From assembly GCA_963666055.2 (NCBI GenBank), contig CAXWPH010000013.1, positions 15,406 through 79,405 on the forward strand: a stretch of DNA of 64,000 nucleotides. The letters are read 5' to 3'. This DNA comes from Acidobacteriota bacterium (GTDB lineage Bacteria > Acidobacteriota > UBA890 > WLXD01). The position numbers and the translations under genes are program-made. Positions 42,053 through 51,909 of the stretch are shown piece by piece; position 1 is the stretch's first letter, and each line of letters opens with the position of its first letter. The notes beneath the pieces are model-generated. The model made no database searches. It saw nothing but the letters and a program-made list of their open reading frames with translations, and was not told where the DNA came from.

Positions 42053-42220
42053 CACCTTGATGGCTACCTTGCGGCCCAGGCGCGTGTCCTGCGCCAGGTA
42101 CACCTCGCCCATGCCGCCAGCGCCGAGCTGCTCGCTGATCTCGTAGGGGCCTAGTTTGGTGCCGGGGTCCATGGCGCTGCCGATGCGGGGTGGGTGAGCG
42201 CCTGAAGCCTATCGCCAGAG
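42053..42220 (-). repeat. Kinase-family leader plus first 40 codons ([10 protein letters not shown]...VAIKV)
   Basis: Near-identical to the starts at 12557 and 35854. Confidence 0.9.
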
Positions 42221-42495
42221 CTTGCGAGCGTCCAAGGGAGAGGACAGGGGCCGGGCAGATCGGACCGCGCAGAAAGGGCGAGTAGCCCCAACGGTCACGA
42301 TTTCGAACACCACGCGGAGTACGTGGCGCGGTTCGCGCAGGTTGGCTAGGAGCTACGGCTCACTCCAGGTCTCCCGGCCGCGCCTTGAGGCCGAAGTCGG
42401 CTTCAACGCGATCGTACCAGGCGTCGTCATCGAGGGCGCCCCAGTCGGCCCAGGCTGGCTAAGCGCCTGGCCGGCCTGCGGGCGAAGGCTGCCCA

Positions 42496-43081
42496 ATGAG
42501 AAGCCAGCTCATCGCCCTAAAGATGGACCTTCTGTCAGGACAGGTCAGCTATCGGTGCAAGTGCAGGCGTATCGTCCGGGTTCACGCCTCGAACCTATCT
42601 ACCGGAGCGGTCGACTACTGCGGCTGCGGTCATTTGCGGCTCGACCTCAGTCAGGCTCAGGTCAACGGACACCGACAGATGGCCGGTCTCCCGGAGCTCG
42701 AGGAGTAGGCCCATGAATACGCTCGAGATCATCGACGGCGACACCCTCGTCGTTCGAGACGAGGACGGGGCCGAGCTCGGCCGGATTCAACGACACGAAG
42801 CGGTTACGGTGCGCGACGCTGACGGGAACGTGCTCACCAGGGCGGACGTCACTGCGTTCGCGCCCGGCCACCCCGCCCCACGCGGCGAGAATCGCGAGTC
42901 CGTAGCGATCACCCTGTGGCCACGGACCCGGCAAGCCGCCAACCTGATAGACTCGCTGCTCCAGAACAACGCCGTGCTGCTCATCCAGATCGAGACGGCC
43001 GACGGGTTCGTGCTTGACCTGGGGGTACGCGCTGGGGGCCTGAGGGCTACGCGTGGCTGGTTCGCCGCTACCGTCTGGTGA
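42496..43081 (+). CDS. Two small phage-like hypothetical genes (42496-42708 with CKC/CGC motif; 42713-43081)
   Basis: GAGGAG RBS before 42713; Cys motif similar to phage Zn-binding domains. Confidence 0.45.
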
Positions 43082-43227
43082 GGGGCGCATGAGCGACGAG
43101 GAGCGCATCGGCATCCAGTGGGGAAGTTTTTCTCTGCCACCATTAATCGCCCGGCTGCACGCTCTCACGTGGTGAGAGCCGACCTATTCCGCTAGGCTGA
43201 GCGAAGCCCTGGCGGCAGGCGAATCCT

Positions 43228-43878
43228 ATGCAGAACCAGCTGACGGAAGTAGCGACGAGTGAGCTACAACGCCACGTAGAGCGCCTACACGACTGCGCAG
43301 CGACCTGCAGCGCCGCAGTTGAGGTCCATGATCGCTTCGGTAGCGAGACGTTATGGCATGGCGTCGTCCACGTCTTCGACCTCACATACCATCCCACGGC
43401 TGACCTTTGCTACGCCTGGTCGTCACCCGTGGCCGGATCTCGGAAGCGGCGTTTCTACGCGGTTCTACACACCGAGCAGGTGGACTCGCCTGCGAAAGCG
43501 GTTCGGGCTGCGATTGTCAAAGACTTCAAGAGAGAGAGTCAGAACCCTTCCGGAATGGGCTTCGTCGACGGACGGCACTACTCGGCCTACGTGGTGGAGG
43601 TTCGTCGCCTCAAGCGGGTGGGCGACCTCGATGGCGCGAAGGAGCTTCTCCTGCGCCTGGTGGACGCCTCAGAGGCCGAGGCCGAGGGCGGAGGTTGGGG
43701 GGTTGATCCGTGGTACTGCGAGCAGCTGGCCATCATCTACCAGAAGAAGAAGCAGCCAGCCGACGAGCTCGCGATCCTCGAGCGGTACGAACGACAAGCG
43801 AAGGCCCCGGGGATGGTTTCAGAGAGGCTGGCTAGGCGCCTAGCAGAGCTGCGCGCCAAGGCCCGAAAGAGCGAATGA
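43228..43878 (+). CDS. Two-domain hypothetical protein; C-terminal helical domain duplicated in 44362-44748
   Basis: GRHYSAY...LKR.GDLDGAKELLLRLVDA...PWY.EQLA.IY shared. Confidence 0.65.
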   Translation: MQNQLTEVATSELQRHVERLHDCAATCSAAVEVHDRFGSETLWHGVVHVFDLTYHPTADLCYAWSSPVAGSRKRRFYAVLHTEQVDSPAKAVRAAIVKDFKRESQNPSGMGFVDGRHYSAYVVEVRRLKRVGDLDGAKELLLRLVDASEAEAEGGGWGVDPWYCEQLAIIYQKKKQPADELAILERYERQAKAPGMVSERLARRLAELRAKARKSE

Positions 43879-44361
43879 CCCCGACCACTTACCGAATCCT
43901 CTACCCGGGAGCACGAATAGCCACGTGACCGACGACGAAGGGGACCAAAAGCAAGAGCGCCCCCCGAACACGAACGACTCTTCTTGCGGTCGTTCGTCTG
44001 TGTCAGCGCTGACGCCGCGACCCGCCGCTGTGCCTTTGTACTCTTCGGTCGACGCTCCGCGGTGCCTTCGTGTTCTTCGGATCGCGCAAGACCCTGCCGG
44101 CTTTCGGCGCCACCTTCCTCGATGTTCTCTTGTTCTTCGCCAACTTGCCTCCCGTCGTCTTGCATGCGCGGAATGCCCCTCCCGATTCTACCAGTCGGCT
44201 CCGAAACCCTTCGGAAGAGCGGTCGCGACGCCCCCCCCCTCGCAAATCGCCCGGCCGCTCTCCCGTGGTGAGAGCCGATCTATTCCGCTAGGCTGAGCAG
44301 CCTTTACGGAGATCCGCCCCTTCCGGAACCCGCGACCGGCGATCTGTATGGCCAGGACTGA

Positions 44362-44748
44362 TTGACCATGACCCCGACCACCTACCGAGTTCGCCACGGA
44401 TCCACCAACAAGGAACTCGACGTCAAGCCGAGCTTCGTCGCTGGCGGGCACTACTCGGCCTACGCGGAGGTTCGTCACCTCAAGCGGATGGGCGACCTCG
44501 ATGGCGCCAAGGAGCTTCTCCTGCGCCTGGTGGACGCCACAGAGGGCGAGGCCGCCGCCGAGGGCGAAGGCTGCGGGGTTGATCCGTGGTACTACGAGCA
44601 GCTTGCAATGATCTACCGGAAGAAGAAGCAGTCAGCCGATGAGCTCGCGATCCTCGAGCGGTACGAACGACAAGCGAAGGTCCCTGGGGCCGTTCCAGAG
44701 AGGCTGGCTAATCGCCTGGCCGGCCTGCGACCCAAGGCGGACGAGTGA
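44362..44748 (+). CDS. Paralog of the C-terminal domain of 43228-43878
   Basis: High nucleotide similarity over ~310 bp. Confidence 0.6.
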   Translation: MTMTPTTYRVRHGSTNKELDVKPSFVAGGHYSAYAEVRHLKRMGDLDGAKELLLRLVDATEGEAAAEGEGCGVDPWYYEQLAMIYRKKKQSADELAILERYERQAKVPGAVPERLANRLAGLRPKADE

Positions 44749-45098
44749 GAGGCCGCAGCAGCGCCACCCCCCGCCCACTCGCCTACCCCCGCTGCCAGTT
44801 CGGCAACTACCTCGGCGAGTTGATCGACGCGCACCCTACCTCGAGGCCCACGCTAGCCAAGCGAATCGGCGTGTCTCCGGGGAACCTCAGCAACTACCGC
44901 CACGGGCGCTACCTCCCGCCGGACCGCAAGGCTATCGGTGTGATCGCTCGAGTCCTGGCGCCGAGCAGGGCAAAGCAGGTGGAGATCCGAGCCGAGCTCA
45001 CGCGCCGCTGTATCGCCGACCTGCTTGATGCGCACCTGCGCGCGGGCGGTGTGTCGCTGGATGAGGCGCGGTTGGCGATTCACGATCTGGGGGAGTGA
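44745..45098 (+). CDS. XRE-like HTH protein
   Basis: TLAKRIGVSPGNLSNYRHGRYLP. Confidence 0.6.
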   Translation: MRGRSSATPRPLAYPRCQFGNYLGELIDAHPTSRPTLAKRIGVSPGNLSNYRHGRYLPPDRKAIGVIARVLAPSRAKQVEIRAELTRRCIADLLDAHLRAGGVSLDEARLAIHDLGE

Positions 45099-45462
45099 GA
45101 CCGTCATGACGCCACGTGCTGGGCGGGCGGTTCAGGATACGGCGGGGGCACGGAGCCGTAGGTAGAGGAACCCGGAGGCTACCGCCGCTCCTTCTTCCGC
45201 AGCTCCCACCACTCCCGGATGAACTTCACCAGCTTGCCATTGAGAATCGGCTGGTCGCGCGTCGTCCTTGTTTCGACCCGAAGCCCGACTAGCTGTGTTG
45301 TTTGGGCTCGCCGACGCCCGGTACAATAAGAAGCGGCCCGGGAGCTGCGAACTCCACGGGCCGCAAAACGAACTGCAGTAGTGGGACGGTACGTCCTCGC
45401 CGGCCGCCGGTCAATTATGGTCGGCTCCGCGCGTCCACTGGGGTGGGCTGCTGCGGTCCTCA

Positions 45463-45813
45463 ATGCCTGTAAGTCCGAGCGGCCTTCGTGCTGCGGCAGG
45501 GCGAGGAGATGAAGTCATGGGTGCTTTCGTGACCCAACAGCCGAGCGTATTCACACGCGACGGCATCGAAGCGCTGAGTCCAAACCAGCCCGGTGTGTAC
45601 GGGCTATACCGCGGGGACCGATGGGTCTATGTCGGCCAGAGTGAAGACGTTCGGCGACGCTTGCTGGAGCATCTCGGCGGCGACAACTCCTGCATCACAG
45701 GCAGCTGGCCGTCACACTTCGTAGCCGAACTGGTCCACGGTGGCCACGCTGCACGTGAGGCGCGAGAGCGCGTCCTAATCAACGAGTGCCAGCCGCTCTG
45801 CAACGTGGCGTAG
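45463..45813 (+). CDS. Small GIY-YIG nuclease
   Basis: PGVYGLY...VYVGQSEDVRRRL..H...ERVLI...PLCN; true start likely the internal ATG (MGAF). Confidence 0.75.
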   Translation: MPVSPSGLRAAAGRGDEVMGAFVTQQPSVFTRDGIEALSPNQPGVYGLYRGDRWVYVGQSEDVRRRLLEHLGGDNSCITGSWPSHFVAELVHGGHAAREARERVLINECQPLCNVA

Positions 45814-46513
45814 CCCTAGTGGCTGCAGCCTGAACCTGTACCCTCCAGGCAGCCGGTGACTCGATCGAAGTAGTAGTCTCGGCCGCCTACGGTCAACTGT
45901 GTGTAGCGTCGGCCGACGCGCACGTCTAGCTGCTGACCGGTGACCTGGTCGCGGTAACTGATCGGGCGGATGGCCCCCGGCGCACCGAGCCGATGCAGTG
46001 CCGCGCAGAACGCGTCGCGGACGCGGTCCCGAAACCAGTTGGTCCGCCCGCACTTCAGGGCAGCTGGTTGCGGCGGGTGAGGGTGGCTGAACGGTAACAC
46101 CGTGGCGTCAGACATCGCGCCCTCCACGCTAGCGTTCACCCCCAACGCCGAGTCTACAACGAGCGAGCTCCTTGCGGAGCTTGAAGTAGATATTCGGATC
46201 CACGCCCAGCAGCGCCCCGAGCATCGCCAGCTTCAGCGCCCTCGCAAATCGCCCGGCTGCGCTCTCCCGTGGTGAGAGCCGATCTATTCCGCTAGGCTGA
46301 GCGAAGCCCGGGCGGCAGGCTGAAGGGCATCCCAAACGAGCGAGGTGCGCGATGGATCTTGAACAGCAAGTTGAGCGGCTGAAGCGAGACAACCGGAGGC
46401 TAAAGATTGCCCTCGGCGCGGTGGCGGCGTTGCTGGTGGCGGCTGTGCTGGTGGGCGTGTGATGCTGCAGGAGGCTCTGACGCAGACCGTGCTGGAGTAG
46501 GCGGAGATAGTCA

Positions 46514-46815
46514 TCATCGCAGCATCCGCTTGAGATCGATCTGCTTTCCCAGCCGCTGAACCAATCCATGTGAAGCTTCGTTGAGCGACTGCTCCAAGAA
46601 CTTCGGGCCGCTTACTGTTCCGCCTTCCACTTCCCTCAGCTCGTGGACGGCAATCGCGTAGTCGAGTCCTGCGCCTACGCCGATCTCGAGCGATATCTCT
46701 TTGCCGTTCACTTTCGGCGAGCCGATCTGGTGGCTGTCGCGCAGTGCTCCGGTGTCGACTGGTGTTCTCTCCTTGGACGCCTCGACGACTCCCTCTGCCT
46801 CGACGCGTAGAGCGC
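46514..46815 (-). pseudogene. HK97 gp10-like phage morphogenesis protein remnant
   Basis: Manual translation: EASKERTPVDTGALRDS...DYAIAVHE...PKFLEQ; no start, upstream stop. Confidence 0.6.
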
Positions 46816-47539
46816 TCTAGACCTGATCGCACCGCCGACGGCCGGACGAGCCTGGACGTCGTTGACCGGCTACCCGCATCTCGTTCCCGCTCAACCCCTG
46901 GACACCACGGCCGGGAAAGGCCATCGTGTGCCTGCTACGGGAATCCCCACCCCCAAAGCGCTCGGGCCGAAGCCGTTTCTGCTTCGGCCCGAACTGTTTC
47001 TGGTGATCCCACCAACTGCTCTCGAGCTCGGTACGCCTTCCGGTGCTCCTGGTGGTGGCCTCCTAGTGCCCGCCGCTGCCGCCCGGAGATGGCTCGGGAA
47101 AAACCACCCCCAAGGCGGCTGGCGACGTGGTCCCCGCGACCGCCGGCCTGGCCGGATGAACCTAACCGTGGCGCGGAGATGGTCGTTCATGGCCGTAGCT
47201 CCTGCCGCTCGGCGCGCTCGTCGGCCAACGCGGCCTGGAATGCGGCTTGTGAACTCGACTGAAACTCGGCGGGCCGTGGTGGTGTCACACGATGGGACCC
47301 TCGGCGCAGAACGCGAAGCTCGATTACCCCTAGAAACAAGGGCCTCAAGCGGCAAACCCGGCGGCGCCGAGGAGACCGCTGGGTGTGACAGAATCGGACA
47401 CCACGGAGCCGGGCGCCGCTCCTCAGAAATGTGAAGTTTTGTGAGGTCCCTGCGCTGTGGCTACGGCCTCTGAAATGTCTACATTTGTCAACAGGCGGCA
47501 GGTCCCTCGAGAGGGCGCCTTCTTCGGGTCGACGGCTTC

Positions 47540-47688
47540 GAGGAAGATTGGACCCGCTTCCGCGGCTTCGGATTCGACTGGTTCATCGAGAACGACGGCA
47601 ACTACGTGAAGCTCCTCGAGGGCAAGTACCGGCCCGACGTGCGGCCATCCGTTGATGCTTCGAAGAAACTCCGAATCCCGAGGGGCTA
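47540..47688 (+). pseudogene. C-terminal remnant of a phage replication initiator
   Basis: Manual translation GFDWFIENDGNYVKLLEGKY, typical of phage initiator C-termini, directly upstream of a DnaB gene. Confidence 0.55.
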
Positions 47689-47692
47689 GCCG

Positions 47693-48999
47693 GTGGTCGA
47701 GCGCGCGCTCCCGAACGACACTTCCACTGAGCAGGCGATCCTCGCTGCCATCATCTTGAACCGAGAGGCGTGGCACGAGGCACAGGCTAAGCTGGAAGCC
47801 AACGACTTCTTTTCAGAGTCTCACCAGCTCGTATTCAAGGCGATGCAAGAGATCGGCGGCGTTCGTCGGGAGGCCATCGACACGGTGTCGATACTGGCCG
47901 AGCTGAAGCGGGTCGACAGCTTGGAACGCGCTGGCGGCCCAGCCTACATCTCGAACCTGATCGAGGGCTTCCCGATGCGAGCCAACGTGCCGCAGTTGGC
48001 CAGGGTCGTGCGCGAATATTCCCTGAGGCGCCGGCTCATCCGCGTTACCAACACAGCGTTCCACCGGGCGATGGACACGCCGGACTGATGCGGAGGAGGC
48101 CATCGAGGAGGCTATCGAGGATCTGCGGTTGTTGCTGTCGCGAGCTGCCGGTGCCAGGGAACCGGAGCTGCGGGGTTCAGCGCTCCTGCTCGCGAGCCTG
48201 GAGCGCGGCGATCGAGTGCCGCTGGGATGGGGCCGAAACTGGACCGGCGCATGCGTGGGGGCTGCCCAGGGGCACGGTGATAACCGTGGGGGCGAAGGGC
48301 GCGGTGGGCAAGACACCGTTCGCACTACAGACCGCGGAGCGGATCCTCATGAGCCGTCCAGCGGCGCAAGTGGCGTTCTTCAACCTGGAGATGCCCGAAG
48401 AGGAAATCGTCCGTCGGCAGATCATGGCCTTCTGTCGCGTGACCGACTCTGAGGCCGCTGACCTCGTGCGAGGCGGTGCTGACAGACCGGTGGAGATGGG
48501 CCTGTCGCTTGCCGAGTACGACGCCATGATGGAGCGGTTCCATATGTTCCGCTCTCAACGGACGATCAGGCAGATCGAATCGGCTGTGGCGTCGGTACCC
48601 GGCGAGGTGGATCTCGTGATCGTGGACCACTTGGGTAAGCTCAAGGCTCCCGGAACTCGGGGCCCGTACGAACGGACATCGGTAGCGTTCGTCGATCTGC
48701 AAGCCATGGCCGCTGACCTCCGGGTCCCGGTGATGTTGCTTGCACACCTGAATCGCCACGACACGAAGGCGAAGAGTGATGAGGTCTTCGAGCATTCCTT
48801 CCGTGACAGCGGTGTGATCGAGGATCAATCCGACTACATCCTCGGACTGTGGCGGCCGAGATACGAAGAGGAAGTCGCCACGCGACCGCGAATGGCGCTG
48901 CTCCGAGGCAACCTGCTCAAGAACAAAGCCGGGCACTCGGCGCAGTTCGACTGGAATTTTGATCTGCCCTACCAGCGAATTGAGGAGGCGTCGGCATGA
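47693..48999 (+). pseudogene. DnaB-like replicative helicase, frameshifted around 48085-48250
   Basis: DnaB_N (PNDTSTEQAILAAII); GAVGKT, FFNLEM, VIVDHL, LAHLNR, RDSGVIEDQSD, KNK. Confidence 0.85.
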
Positions 49000-49253
49000 G
49001 CAAGCGCCGGCAGCAGGTCATCGCCAAGGTTCGCCAAGAACTCATGCGAGGAGTATCGAATCTCAAGAGACGAATTCCACGGGCAGCGCGGGGTGCAGAT
49101 CCGGCTGTGGAGACGAACCGGGACCGCGTACCCGTTCTTCGCAACGCCGCAACGAATCTCGCTGCCGCCGGCCATGGTGGCTGAGATCGTTGGAGCGCTG
49201 ATGATCGCTGCGGCGTTGGACGGCGAGGGTCTTGAAGATCAAGGGAAGTGTGC

Positions 49254-49502
49254 GTGAGCGATATCTTGCAGCATCCGAGCTCCCGCCTCAGTCTCTGGAA
49301 GCCAGAGGATGCTGCCGAGTTTCTGCAGTGCTCGCCGAAGACTGTTCGGCAATGGTGCGCGAAGCGTAAGATCCCGCATCGGAAAGTTGGCGGTCTCCTG
49401 CGCCTCGTGCCCGACGAAGTGAGAAAGTGGGTCCTAGTGGACTGCGATCGTCCGATCGAGATCGAGCACCGAAGTCGGTTCGGACGGCACACGAGGGTTT
49501 GA
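49254..49502 (+). CDS. Excisionase-like HTH protein
   Basis: EDAAEFLQCSPKTVRQWCAKRKIPHRKVG. Confidence 0.82.
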   Translation: MSDILQHPSSRLSLWKPEDAAEFLQCSPKTVRQWCAKRKIPHRKVGGLLRLVPDEVRKWVLVDCDRPIEIEHRSRFGRHTRV

Positions 49503-49503
49503 G

Positions 49504-50637
49504 TTGACGATCGAGAGCAAGCAGACCAAGTCAGGGGCACGCTACAGAGCCCGTGTCATGGTGGAGGGGCGACTCACGACCGGATCGTGGCACCAAGAGC
49601 AGAAGCTCGCCCGGCGCGACGAAGACGAGATCTACGGTGCGCTTCGCTCCGGTAGCTTCCACCGAACACATGGCCGCGATCGAATTCCCACCTTTGCCGA
49701 GGCGGCCGTCCACTACGTCGATGAGTGCCAACGGAAGGTCGATCAGCGCAAGGAGTCCGCGAGGACTCTCTACGACAAACGCTGCCAGTTGAACAAAGAG
49801 CTCATCCCGCGGTTCGGTGACTTCATGCTCGACGAGATCGACGCCTGGAAGGTGGAGTCGTTCCGACGCGACCTCCACAAGCGCGTCTCTGGTCCACGGG
49901 TGAACCGCTACCTGAGCACGTTGAGCGGCGTCTTCAAGCTCTACTCCAAGCTGCTCGGTACCAACCCCGTTCGAGCGGTGGACCGGTACGAAGAGACCGA
50001 AGATGGCTACTACGCCTTCACCGAGGAAGAGCTGCAGATTCTGCTCGCACACGCAGCGCAGGACTCGAATCCACATATCGAAGTGATCCTGCTGTCAGCC
50101 TTCGACACCCTCCTTCGAATTCGGAATCTCCTGGATCTGCGCCGCGATCAGATCGACTGGCGATGGCGCGACAGCAACGGCACGCTACGAGGCCTTGCCC
50201 ACGTTCCGTGGACGAAGAGCAAGAAGGCACTAGACGTTCCCCTGAGCCTCCGCGTGCGACGTGTCTGGCAGCAACATTTCCGAGCACTGGGTGAGTCCGA
50301 GTGGCTCTTCCCCAACGTGTCCAACACGGGGCCAGCCGACTACGGGTCTATCCGAGACGCCTCCAAACGCGTGCTCAAGGCTGCCGGAATGCCCGAGACC
50401 CTTCGGATCCATGACCTACGCCACGGCGGGGCGACAGAACTCATTCGAAGGGGCGCTCGGCGAGCAACGGTTCAGGCGCTTCTAGGCAACAAGACCCGCG
50501 TCATGACCGACAGGTACATCCATCTGACTGAGGATGACGCCGCCCAAGCACTGACGCATGGGCCTGGCGAGAAGCCCGGATTTGTCATCGATTTTGTCAT
50601 CGACGATGAAGACCGCGCGGCAGGGGAAGGAAAATGA
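49504..50637 (+). CDS. Tyrosine integrase
   Basis: LR (box I), K, HDLRH, LGN, RYIH; adjacent to the tRNA 3' end. Confidence 0.92.
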   Translation: MTIESKQTKSGARYRARVMVEGRLTTGSWHQEQKLARRDEDEIYGALRSGSFHRTHGRDRIPTFAEAAVHYVDECQRKVDQRKESARTLYDKRCQLNKELIPRFGDFMLDEIDAWKVESFRRDLHKRVSGPRVNRYLSTLSGVFKLYSKLLGTNPVRAVDRYEETEDGYYAFTEEELQILLAHAAQDSNPHIEVILLSAFDTLLRIRNLLDLRRDQIDWRWRDSNGTLRGLAHVPWTKSKKALDVPLSLRVRRVWQQHFRALGESEWLFPNVSNTGPADYGSIRDASKRVLKAAGMPETLRIHDLRHGGATELIRRGARRATVQALLGNKTRVMTDRYIHLTEDDAAQALTHGPGEKPGFVIDFVIDDEDRAAGEGK

Positions 50638-50684
50638 TGATCGCCCTCCCCTACCCTAAGTCTTTACAGGTCAGCGAGATAAAA

Positions 50685-50782
50685 TGGCGGAAGCGCCTGG
50701 GAATCGAACCCAGCAAGGACGCCTTCCGACGCCCCCCAACGGATTTGAAGTCCGCGAAGGCCACCAGACCCTATTCGCTTCC
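50685..50782 (-). tRNA. selC: tRNA-Sec (UCA)
   Basis: 98 nt: GGAAGCG...GGACTTCAAATCC anticodon arm, long variable arm, GGTTCGATTCC T-arm, CGCTTCCGCCA end. Confidence 0.93.
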
Positions 50783-50813
50783 GCTCGAATGTAACTCGTT
50801 TACAAGCAGCAAT

Positions 50814-51909
50814 TTAGGGAGACTTAAAGAATTTACGGACGCGGCCTGATCGGACTGATTGTCCCTTTTCTGTCCCTTTTCCGGCGGCCGCCAGCTTCCC
50901 AAGGGCTCCTCGAAGGTCCGCCTCGTTCACGATGTCGTAGCGATCGAACACGTGTCTCGTCTTATGGCCGGTGATCGTCATGGCGATCTTCTCTGGGACG
51001 CCAGCCCGTACCAGGTTCCTCACCGCGGTGCGCCGAAAATCGTGCACGAGTTTGCCGGGTAGCCCGGCCTTGGTGCAAGCAGAGCGCCAGGCGTCGTGGA
51101 AGCTCTTGATGCGCCTCCCCTCCCGGTGAAACAGGTAGGGGCAGAGCACGCCGACCTTCGACAGCTCCCTGTGCTCCTGCCACTGCCGCTCCATCACGTC
51201 GAGGAGTTCCGGCAGTAGGTCATAGGGAAGCGTCCGTCCCTGGCGGTTCTTCGTCATGCCCGGCTGGATCCGGATCGTCTTGGCGCTCCGATCTACCTGC
51301 GACCATCGGAGCGGCAGGACTTCGGAACGCACCCGCCAGCCGGTCAGGTAGCCGAACGTCACCACGGCGCGCAATGGCTCAGGCAGCGCGTCGCGGACGG
51401 CCGCGAATTCGTCTCGCTCGAAGAAGCCCGTTCGGGCGGTGGCCTCGCGCAGCATGGGAATGTGCGGCATGTGGAGCAGCTTGCGCGCCTGGACCGCCAG
51501 CCGGAACGCGCGCTTCACGATCGCGAGCTCACGATTGACTGTGGCGTTGGCCGCGCCCTCACCTTGGCGGTGCGAAGTGTACGCGCGAACGTCGGCCGTC
51601 GTGATCGTTGCCATCCGGCGACCGCTGAAGAACGGTTCGAGGTGTAGCCGGACGCGGTGCTCGACGTCCCTCAGCGATCGCTTGCCGTTGACCCGATAGT
51701 CGGTAACGACGTCGGCCGCGGCCTCATCGAAGCGGAGCCGGCCGACCTTCGAAGTGACCGGAATCCCTCGAGCTACGTCGCCCTCCCGGATTCGTAGTAG
51801 CCGCTCGGCGTCGCCCTTCCGGGTGCTTCCCGAGCTCTCCTCGTATCGCCGCCCGGCGCGGTAGTAGCGCAGCCACCAAATGTTGCCGCGTTTGCGTAGC
51901 TCTCCCCAT
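50814..51909 (-). CDS. Tyrosine integrase (start out of frame by one G)
   Basis: Open frame GELRKRGNIWWLRYY...TGWR...KN...HDFRRT...TGHKT...RY; the ATG at 51909 is followed by GGGAGA. Confidence 0.88.

Noticed and set aside
42461-42470. AAGCGCCTGG match to the tRNA-Sec 3' region as the distal att of element 2
   Set aside because: Only 10 bp in GC-rich DNA; the position is suggestive but the match is not significant.
43145-46322. CRISPR array or integron attC interpretation of the triple repeat
   Set aside because: Spacing is 1-2 kb, there are no cas genes, no RYYYAAC/GTTRRRY ends, and the integrases are phage-type.
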